Positions 47,301 to 59,300 of a stretch of DNA of 64,000 nucleotides are shown here, in pieces. The DNA is taken from assembly GCF_964355755.1 (NCBI RefSeq), contig NC_092674.1, positions 29,326,001 to 29,390,000 on the forward strand. The letters are read 5' to 3'. The translations under genes and the position numbers were made by a program. Origin of the DNA: Antedon mediterranea (Eukaryota; Animalia; Echinodermata). The notes under the pieces are model-generated. The model was not told where the DNA came from, did not search any database, and saw nothing but the letters and a program-made list of their open reading frames with translations. Positions within the stretch are counted from its first letter, which is position 1. Each line of letters starts with the position of its first letter.

Positions 47301-50300
47301 TAAGTAATTGATTGATCAAGTACTTCTGATTATTATATTTTTTTGATTTAGGGTTTTTATTTTGTCTTTCCATTTTCATTACTATTTCTATTGATTTTGT
47401 TTCATGTTCTCTTTTCTTCTTGTGTTCCTAGAGTCGTATTGGCCACGAGTCTCAACAAGTCTCACATGCTACTGACCGATGATGATGACCATTTGATTGG
47501 TACCATTATGTTGGGAGAGTTTAACATGGAACTTCCTCAAAACCCTGCTACACTTCATGAGATGGCTACCAGAAGCAGTCGACGTCTGACAGACCAAGCT
47601 ACTGAACTTAGTAGACCACTTAAAAATTTCAGATCTGAAGAAACACTGTCACAAGTACATATTGACGAGACTGATGGTGCAGGTATGACAATTCAGAAGA
47701 AGCCAGTCAAAATGAACCTGATACTAAAAGGTATCTGCATGCAGGCTATGTTGCTACCATCACTCAGAGCACAGTACAAGGTAAGGCTCATTAAAGAGAG
47801 TTCACAGGTCAGATTAGTTTTAAACTGGGAGTACATTGGAGTAGGCCCTCTAGCTAATCTATAGAAGCTCATTGGAGTAAATAAACAGTTATGTTACGGT
47901 TCTTCTGTTTTTAAGATCCTGTATTTAATATTTAAAATGTTAAAAAATTAAAATATGTTTTCTTTCTCCACAGCTAAAGGATGCAACTGGAAATATGAAT
48001 ATGCATGAGGAGTGTCACATGACAGTACACATGCCAAATCATGCCATATCATTTATATCACAGGTAAGCCCATGTCATTCACAGGTAAGCCCATGTCATT
48101 TATCTAACTAATTTAGGAGCAAAAGTTGATTGATTGTCATCCTTGCCTTTTCTCTTCTGGCCGAGTGTCCCTCTTTCTTTTTGTCATTATTGTCTTTTCT
48201 TACATTATTGTATAATTATATTATCAAAATCGTTTGCACTGAACAGTATTATATTTGTTAATCAGGTGTAAACCATTGACTAGCGAAAGCTATTTGTTTA
48301 TACCGTTTTGCCTTTGCTGAATAAAGAATTATGATTATTATCTCCTATAATCTATCTCTTTTTTTCTCCACTGTGCGCCTTTCATAATGTTTTTCATACA
48401 TCTTGTAATTTTGATTGGTCCTCTTATGTTAACACCACCTAGAACCAACCTTAAATCCATGCCTAAAAGCTTCTTTGCTCAGGCTCCAGACATCTGGAAC
48501 CAACTTCCATCTGTTACACTCTATATCCTTTTCAATTCAAATCCTGAAAACTCACCTATTTCAAAAGCTATTCATTTCATATTGCACTGTGAGACTCCGA
48601 TAAAGAGCGCTTTATAAATGTTAGATATTATTATTATTGACAGGTTGAGGCAGCAGAAGAAAGTCTGTCTTCCGCAAGTATTGACTTGCCAACCATTGAG
48701 TTTCTTGCTGACATGAACCGGAGACAAGACACGGCAGAGGATGTATGGCAGTCAGGTAAATTCTGCCTGATTGCTAGTGTCAACATCGGCAGCTTTAACC
48801 ATACCATTTCAACTGATCTTCTTAACCATCTGGTCTTTGTTCAGAAAGTTTTTATTAAGGTTAGTGGTGGTAGTTGCACATTAATTCTCACTAGGCCATC
48901 CATGTAGCCAACATCAATGTACATGAGCCACAAATTTGTCATGGCCTAGTGTTGTGGTAATGCATTGTGTGTAATGGGGTTAGAAGCTCTACAGAATGTC
49001 CTGTTAATATAAAAGTTTTCTGAATAAGTGTTGGCAATTGCATTAAAACATACATTGTTCCTCATTGGTTTTACTGTAATGTGTCCCCTCTGTTCTATGG
49101 AATACAATGTTGGTATATTGATAATTTGTTTTAAATAATGTTTTATTTTTTCTTAGGAGGTGAATGAAATAATGCAGAAGTTAGTAGGAGATGACAATAC
49201 AGCATCCAGCCAAGAGTCATTGGTTATTCCTAAGAAAACATCCCTGCTGCCTTTCACATTGACCCTCAAACAGCAAGTAAGCCTGTTAATTGAAATATGC
49301 ATTAAACATTGAAGATTTCTCTTAGCCTGGTTGCACATTGTTCATCTTAAAGCTTGGTTCCCACTAGGACTCAACGTAAGCAATTTGACCAAAGACAATC
49401 CATGGATTATTTTGAACTATCAGTGTCATTGGTCAACTCGCTTGCGTTGCTCTTGAATCCTAGTGGGAATCCAGCTTAATACTGTAGTCTATTGCATGAG
49501 ATCCCTACCTGTATAAACTCTACATAACTAGGTCACTAACCCTTTACCAGGTGCCACGCCAACCGAGGCCTCAACCTCAGCCACATTCTCAGTGGCGTAA
49601 CGCAGAGTCCTGAGGCCCTGGTTTAGGAAACCTAAGTGGCCCTCCAAGTTTCAACGCTGCCTTTTTCTTCCTGTTTTTTCCTCTGGGCACTGCTCTTGGG
49701 CCCTTGGGTTTAGCCAGTGAGCGCTCATAGCTGTTATGCCACTGCACATTCTTCTTCTATCCCTGCCATTGTTTCTCACTATTGTTTACATGTAATTTCT
49801 TTAGGGCATACAAGTTACAGCCCAGACCCCGTCCACCAGTGCTGTCCAGTTTGAAACTAATGCCATCCAATTTGAAGTGACCAATCAACTGCCTCCAACA
49901 ACTGATTCACAGAACACTGAAAGTAAAGCATTTATTAATTATTTTAAATTTAAATTAATCATGAATACATTTTTATCAAATCCAGTCTTCACCTAATAAG
50001 TTTATGTAAACAGTTTTATGATAAATTTAAGATTAAATTGATTAATTTATTACATGGACCACACATCTTTTGTTATCATTTATATCATTTTTAAATTACA
50101 TTATTTGAAATATCATAATATGAGTATAGTCCCAAGAAGCTATGGATAGGAAATTTGGTGAAAATTACTTGCAAATTTTCTTTCTAAATTTGTCCTAAAT
50201 TAGTGGATGAGATTGTACTTGAACATGGGGTTACGCTATACTCCATTACATTATTTGTAATATCATATTATGAGTTTAGTTCGAGGAGGCCTGGATACGA

Positions 50301-53300
50301 AATTTGGTAAAAATTTATCCTAAGTTAGTGGATAAAATTATACTCTGTCACATACAATACATATTTTGTTGAGAAAATATGATATTATATAAAATTGTTT
50401 GATTAATTGACTACTTCATTCATTATTTATTTCCCAGATGTTGATACGAATCAGATTTTCCTCAAGACCAACATTGAGCTAACATTATCAGTTGGAGACA
50501 TGATTCGAAATCCTCTATTTGAGGAAGCTCAGCCTGAGTTCACTCAGTTGGCCTTCTTCAAGACCAACATCAATATTATCAATACACCAGAGTCATCGGG
50601 CACAAGTAATAACGGTGTTATTTTGGTCACGCTTCAGCGACCTGTATTCTTTATGCCTCCACAAGCTGTTGATAAAGGTACTTTTTTGACAGATTGTTTT
50701 TTAATTCCAATTAGCGACCCTAAATTTTCATGCGGTTCACATGACTATACTTCTGGAAATCATTAGTATTAAAATAGTAAAGGTAATACTATTGTTTTGT
50801 TGATGACAAAATACATTATTGTATTTTTTTTTTCCAGCTGTATTAGTATGGCTAAACTACAAGAATGCATATGATCATTGGCATGAGCAGCGTCAGGCTC
50901 TAAGCAAGGAGGTCTGGTTGGCTACTCAGCAGGTCATGTCTCGTCTGCCTAAGCCCCATATACCAGTGCCAGCAGCACCTACAGCGGCATCTACTGGTGT
51001 GTTTTTGCAAGTCTCTGTGCAGAATCTAGGATTATGTGTGCCAACAACTTTGATACAAAGAGGGGTTAGTACTGATTCTTATTTTGACTATTGCACTTAC
51101 TGTATATTCTCAAATAGTACAGTCTGGTCCTCTCAATTTTTCAAAAAGCTTTTGACATGCATTCTTGAAGACAATAATGGAACACATTTCACACGCTTTC
51201 TAAAGCGTGGTTCCCACTAGCGACGCAACACAAGGACGTAACGCAACACAAGTGAATTGACCAATCACAAGCGATGGCTTATTCGCTTGTGATTGCTAAC
51301 TGTCTATAACTTCGCTTGTCATTGGTTAAAACGCTTACGTTGCGTTTACGTCCTTGCGTTACGTTCTAGTTGGAACCAAGCTTAACAATAGAACTATAAC
51401 TAATAAGTAACAGATTAAAAGACAACATAAAGAATTAAGATATTAGTGTGTAACATGTGTTGTCTAAAAAAAAGTAATTCATATATATTTATTATATTGA
51501 TATAATTTTATTGTTGTTTTCAGAATGAAAGTCATACAAGCGTATCGCAGGAGCCTGAATCACAACAAGCATTAGTCTTAACACTTGACGACTCTCTCAT
51601 CTCGGCTCACTACTGCGGCGCCCTCGTCAGCGAGGGCCAGTTCAGTAATTTCTGTCTACGCTTTGCTGATGACTTTGGGATGTCACTAGATGACTGGAAG
51701 AAACAAGAACTGGAGATTGCAAACTCTTGTAAGAGAAAAAATAAAATCTTAATTTTCCTATGTCATTTCATACTGTCTGAGTGTTGTTGCACTTTAAAAA
51801 TTTGCATGAAATCTACAAAAAAAAATGGTCACTGTAAGAAAATATAACTGTAAAAACAACACACCTATCTAGTACTGTACATAATGGTCGGCTAGACCTA
51901 AAGCGTGGTTCCCACTAGCCCCGCAACACAAGGACGTAACGCAACACAAGTGAATTGACCAATCACAAGCGATGGCTAACTTCGCTTGTCATTGGTTAAA
52001 ACGCTTGCGTTGCATTTACGTCCTTGCGTTACGTTCTAGTGGGAACCAAGCTTAACCATTAACAAACTTTAAACAACAGTAAACAAAAGCTATACTTTAT
52101 CAATTGGTGTCATAAAAATACTGAAATAGAATTTCAATAGTTAGAAAGTACTGGGTATGTGTGTATTAACAATGATTAAATGAAGATAAATTGTATTGTA
52201 TTATTAGGTACTGTCCCAAAAGGAAGTTATAAAGTGTGTAGTAAAACCTTCACATCAGGCCACTCTGGTAAGTAATATTATAAATTCGTTGTTAAGCTCT
52301 GTCTACACTATCAAACTAGTTTGAAGAAAAAAGTGCGATGTGCCCAAATATAGTAGTGATATGACATCATCACCTTTTTTTGTCACAAAGTTTGATAGTA
52401 TAGACAGAGTTTTAAGTTTTTTTGGAAGAATTTAACACAGGTGAATGCATTTATTGCCCACATGTCGTCATGTCCATATATGGGCACATCACATTTTTTT
52501 GATAGTGTAGACAGAGCTTTAAAATTGTAACTGTATATGTAGATACATTTTTACTATGGTTTATGGTTTTGAAATTTCTAAACTCAAAATATTTTTACAG
52601 CCGTAGGGTCAGCGGGCAAATGGGAGTTGAGCTTCAAATGGGAGATGCAAGGAATGGACATTAAGATCTATCCAAACATTGGTCATCATTTATCAGTATT
52701 TAGCAACACAGTGACCGCACTGACCGGTGATCCTGCAGACAGTGACATTGCTGACCTCAGCACTGTCATGAGTGAACCAGAAGAACAAAACGAGAATAAA
52801 CAGGTAATAACAATTGAACTTTGACCTTTGCCTGACCTAGTAACCCTAGTTAATAGGTTTCTATGCTTTAGACAGATACATTATGAAGGTTTTAAGTAAA
52901 ATTAATAAGTTTTGTTTTTTAAGTTGCTTAATTTACTTGTTTGGATATTTGTAGGGTTAAGGTGATCGACAAATAATATATTTTAGTTTTTATTTCAATT
53001 TATGTCTTTTATTTTTTACTTCAATGTTGATTTTAGTTGTTGTATAACAGATGTTATGTTAAAATGATTTCATGTGCAAAAAGAAAGAACATAAATGTTA
53101 TACTATTATTCATAAATCTTTTCTATTCTCTATTTTGTTTATTTTTATATACTGTCATTCTTCTCTTAATTAAATATTCATTATTTACCTCATGCATATT
53201 CATGTCATATTTCTAACATTGTTTTGATTGGTTCATCTGCATGATTTATATATTAAAAGTAGCAAGAATATATATTCATCATAAACATGACATTTTATAG

Positions 53301-56300
53301 GGTGGAATAACAGTTCTTGTAACAGCTGCCTTACCTTTAGTACTGTATATTTGTTTCCGTATTTCTACTGCTATCCCTATGTGTTGTGCTTTTACTGTTG
53401 TTACTGTTACCCCTGCTGTTCCTCTAGCTTTCCTCTGATAGTGATGATGTTTGTCCTGTGAATGACTCCAATGTTGAACATGTTGAACCTCTCAATTTGA
53501 AGGTATAGTCGTTTCTCTTGCTCGTCAATTTCCTCTACTTTTTTTATAGCGTTTCTGTTCCTTGTAAAGTTTTTAAAAAATTCTTAAATTTGCATGTGTC
53601 CGTACTACTAATGTTGCTATGCTTGTAAAGTAATGCTTTTCAAATGCTTGTAGAAAAATAAAATAAAACTAACAGTAACAAGCATGAATGTTTGACTCTA
53701 AACTAATAATGTTATTTCCAAATAAGGCTATAACAGTCACCTTAAATGTGAATTTTGTCTGTTTTTATTAATGATATATTATTATAATAGAAATTTAATA
53801 ATTTTAATTGTTAACAATTTCATTTATAAGTAGTATAATACTGTTGCATGTAATAACCAACCAAACCAAATCGTACCAGTTTTATTCTTAAATTCTATAG
53901 AACTTAATTATACTATTTTATCTGAGATTTTATTTACAATTGCAACATGCAATAATATAAGCATTTGTTTTATAATGTTATTACGAATGATACAACAATT
54001 TATATTTTTTACTATTAATATGAAATTAAATTAAAGGTGGTTTTCCGCAAAGCAAGAGACAAACGCTCGCAGGATGGTAAGGATTCAAAAAGAAGGTCAA
54101 AGGAAATCATAGACAAAATGCGTGAACAAGCAAAAATAGTTAATGACTTGCGGTAGGCATTTTCAATTTATTCATTTTTAGAAAGAAAAAATTGTTTATA
54201 CAGTAGAAAGCATGACTTTCTAAAGTTATGTATATGCAGATTTGTGTTTTAAGTTCAAATTTTAAGCAATATGTTTCATTGTAATTTACAGGAATCTAGG
54301 AGCAAAGAGTGGAACAATAAATGAAGAGACAAAACATCTAGAAAAACTTGAAGAAGCGGTGTTTAAAGAATTCCGAAAAGATATGAGGCGCAAACTAAGA
54401 AAAGGTGGAGGAACTAAGGTAATTCATAATTTATTGATATTGAGAGTATGAGGCACAAACTAAGAAAAGGTGGAGGAACTAAGGTAATTCATAATTTATT
54501 GATACTATGAGGGTATGAGGCGCAAACTAAGAAAAGTTGGAGGAACTAAGGTAATTCATTATTTATTGATACTGAGGGTATGAGGCGCAAACTAAGAAAA
54601 GTTGGAGGAACTAAGGTAATTCATAATCTACAATATTAATACTGAGTGTATGAGGAGCAAACTAAGAAATGGTGGAGGAACTAAGGTAATTCATAATTTA
54701 TTGATACTATGAGGGTATGAGGCGCAAACTAAGAAAAGTTGGAGGAACTAAGGTAATTCATTATTTATTGATACTGAGGGTATGAGGCGCAAACTAAGAA
54801 AAGTTGGAGGAACTAAGGTAATTCATAATCTACAATATTAATACTGAGTGTATGAGGAGCAAACTAAGAAATGGTGGTGGAACTAAGTTAATTCATAATT
54901 TATTGATACGTTGATTCCCATTATCTATCAATTTGATTTTCTTTCTTTATTAGGGTAATACCTGGAAGGATCATCTGGTGCCTGGTCTAATACCCCTGCC
55001 CAGAGGACATGTACAAGGGGAACCCAAATTAAGGAGGCTTCGATCAAAGTAAGTTCACTGTTATAAAATAGTATATTAAAGAATTTTATTAAAATTTAAC
55101 TAGTCTTCATTCTATTATACAAAATTAATTATTGTTTAGTAATTAACAGCCTAGTGCTATTTCCATAATTACATTGCATTGCAATTTCAGATCTGTAATG
55201 TCGCCAACGTCGTACCAAAGACCAAACTTCTTTGCATCACCCATTGAGCTGACACCAAGCAGATCGCACATACCTAGAGTGGTTTTCGACCTACCAACAC
55301 CAGACAGGGAATCATATTTGGAAACATCATACCCCGATACATCGTACCCACAAACCGAACCACGCCCTCAAAGGCTCAAAAGGCAATCAGTGGTTGATGA
55401 TTGCTTGAACGTTACTATCGGTGATCCGAGACAAGTCACTAGCGAACTTCTACAGCAGTCGTCACGTTACTTATGGCCGCTTACAAGGAATCGTCACGTT
55501 AGTGAGACTACAAGTGATTCAGACGATTCTAGTTCCGATGAATCAGTCATCAATGTGAGCCATCAACCTCCACCAAAGAAGACAACAAAAAGTCAAAGGT
55601 CAGTCTGCGATGTAATACCGTTTAATCACAACATATTTTGTTTAATGTTGTAGGTACTATTCCTAGATTTCCATAGTAAAACTTCAACGTAGTACTGCAT
55701 CATATGTACCATGCTATCCCTTGCCCTCATTGATCATCATCATCAGCCATTATCCATCCACTGCTGGATGAAGGCCTCAAATACCATCTGTCTTTTGTCT
55801 TGCTGTACCAATACTGTTGAAGTTCATCTCTCCAACGCTTTCTTTGTCTGCCTCTGCTTCGCTTTCCCTCCATTGGTGTCCACATTGTTAAGGCTACACT
55901 CCAACTGTTATCTTCTCTCTAGACACATGACCTGCCCATGTCCACCTTTTTCTTTTCACAGTTTCAAGTATGCCCTCATTGATAACATCATCAAAAGCTA
56001 TATGCGGCTTAGATTGCATTGATATTAGCTCTTTTAATTGACTTTCTAGTACTGTAAATTCATAATAATTCTATTAAAATTTGATTGGTGAGATGTTTCC
56101 CAACTTTGACATACTTATACTGAATACAAAGTACATTCAAAATACAAACAGTTATTCTGAGGTGTTTGTAGACAAACACTCGCATCTTTTGTTTTCTATA
56201 TAATGTGTAAATTTTTATTCTTTTTAAATGTATTACAATAATTAAAGAAGTAATGAAGAGGGAAGCATAGGAGCCTCACCAAGTCACACTGTGAAACCAG

Positions 56301-59300
56301 AGCAGACAGTAGACATGGCCCTTGACCTTGTCATAACAACAGACAGTGGATGGTTAGAGATCTTTGCTAAGAACCCCAGACTTGATGAGACTGCTGACGA
56401 CAGTACTATGTGAGTTGTAATATTTGTATTTATTTTACCATTTATAATTTTAATATGTTTAGAATATCTATAGGTTTAATAATAAATATAAATTACTATT
56501 TTCTATATGTATGAATTATCTTCTTTTTTTTTTTAGTTATGTTTAAAAATATTGCTATTTATTTTAACATTTATGATTTTAATAGTTTTAGAATATTTAT
56601 AGGTTTAATAAATATGCACAAATTGCTATTTTGCTATTTACATTATCTTTTTTTTAACTTTTGTTTTAATTTATTTTTCAATTTTTTTTCTGTTAATGTC
56701 TGCTTGCCAGTGTTGGAAACCATCCCAGGTAAGGAATTATATACTTATTTATATATTAGTATTTATTTTACTTTGTTTATTTACTTAAACTAAAACCACA
56801 CTATGCTGTAAAACAAGGACAGTGTACCTACACATTTGAGAATATCCTAAAGCTCTGCCTACACTATCAAACTTTATCTGACAACAAAGTGTGATGTGCC
56901 CATATATGGACACGATGATGTCATCACTACCATATTTGGGCACATCATATTTTTTTTTCACATAAAGTTTGATAGTGTAGATCATGGAGTTATAACTCCA
57001 TGTGTAGATAGAGCTTAAGATTTTAGTTTTAAATTAAATGCATGATTAACGTTTCAGTGTAAGCAGGAAGACCTCTTTACCTGTTCAGCCCAGTATTTCT
57101 GAGAGGCAGCCACTTGCTAGTTACATGTCAATTCCTGGCTTAGGTCAACGCCATCGCTCTCTCACACAAACACAGCAGACTATCAGCACTATGCTGTTTG
57201 TACCAGGCATCGATGCAAAGGTAAGTACACAGGGACACCAGTTCTATATTTGAATGGACTAACTAATAAACAAAATTAAGAATAGAACACATTAAAAACA
57301 TTCGATAATTCTGGTTTCATTTTATAGGACCAAAGAAAGCAGATTAGCTTTATTAAAGGTTTTCTTTTCTTCTTTTCTCAATTTGTTAGGTTATAGGCTA
57401 GGTTATTTATTTTATTTCAGCTTATTTATAGAGGGTGACCCTAAACAGAATATGCTGACAATCAAGGGGCCCTTATGATGAGTTATTATAAGTGGCTGTG
57501 TGTCACAGTGGCTGTGTGTATACTAGTAAACCAGGGTAACCCTCCACTTTACTAAGCGCATTGAGACTGCGCCGCTATATGAATATATTAACATAACATT
57601 GGTTTAAAATCATATTTCACAGGTGAACTACAACTCTCAGCTTGAAGCTGTTGAGAACGAGGATGGTAACGATAAAAAGCCGCAGAAAAAAGCAAGTTTG
57701 TACTGCAAGATTATGTTCCAGGCTGCTCCTAAAGTTAGTAATGGTTATATTATATTAAATTTATTCAGTTAAGCTAAAGTCTATCTATGTTGTTTATTCA
57801 TTACGCTTTGTCTACACTATCAAACTTTATGTGAAAAAAAATGTGATGCACCCATATATGGACATTATGATGTCATATCACTATCATATTTGGACACATT
57901 ACACTTTTTGTTTGTCAAACTAGTTTGATAGTGTAGACAGAGCTTAAGGTATACAGAAAAATATTCTCTAATTGGAAGTATTCTGTCGTTTTACACTTTG
58001 ATTGATTGATTGATTGAATATATATTTATACTGGGTAACCTCTTCAGTCAAAGAATGATCTCCTAGAGGGCCCAGTTGGTGATCAGTGGCTGTGATGTAC
58101 TAATACACCGGGGTAACCCCCTACTCGTCTCGAAAGATGTACTAGGTTCTTTAAAGTGCACACGAGCTAGATGTGTACACTGGACCTACGGTTTATAGTC
58201 CTTATCCGAGAAGACTCGTTCTACCACCAGAACCATGGAGTGAGTGAGCCTCGAACCCCTGCCGATGTTATGGCTATGTAATTACGGTTCCACTGTCTTA
58301 ACCGCTCAGCCACTCACTCACTAACTCATGGTGTCTTTTGGTTCTATTGTTTATTAGTCTTCTAATAATACAAAGAATATCATTAAACTTTTAAAACCTG
58401 TTGAACAGTGACAGTTATTAATATTAATTCAATTCTTGTACACAAGTAAATGCAATACATGCTTTTTTAGGAAATTGTTCTCAGTCCAATACTGCTAGAT
58501 TTTATTGAGAAAACTTTGGAGGAAGTTTACCAACAAGCACCAAAGCCTAGTGGATCTTTTGGTTGGTACCTTTGTTCACTTTGTTATGTTTTTGTATTGT
58601 ATTGTGACATGGCATAGCATTATATGTTTCTGTATCATAGGCAAAATCTATACAGTGTCACATATGTATTACTGTATTATGTTAGGGTTATAGTATAGTG
58701 TCACATGTGATACATATCATTACTGTATCACAATCACAGCCTATGATACTGTATGGCTCATAGTACCAAGAATCAGCTATTCTTGTATACAGTATTTCTT
58801 TTTTTTTTTTTACTATTGAGAATATTAAATAAATGACCAAATATATTAATTGATTTTAGATGAGAGTGTAAACAGCGGCGTAGAAATTGAACCCTCAAAC
58901 ACATCACTAGTGTCTTCATCAACATCTGGTTACAGCACGTTCCCTGTTGAGGTTGTCGTCTATCTCTGCATAAAGCCTTCCACCATTCGATTTAGTTGCT
59001 TACCCATATCCCGTGTTCAGTGCCTTTTGCAGCTACCGTCAGTCGAGCTCGCTTTCTCCTCGTCGCGTCATGTTGCATCTATAAAAGAAGCTGAAGATAT
59101 GACTGCAGGTGATTTGGCTATTGATTTTTTGTTCAATTTTATTCTGTTTATTAGTTCAAATATCATCGGCACAATATGAAAAGGCCTAATGTTATATTAT
59201 AGGCATCAGTAAAATAAAGGTAAACTTAATACAGAAAGTTTGAGAATCCCTTAAAGTAGGCTGCCCAACTTGAATTACAATAACACAGCGAACAAAATAG

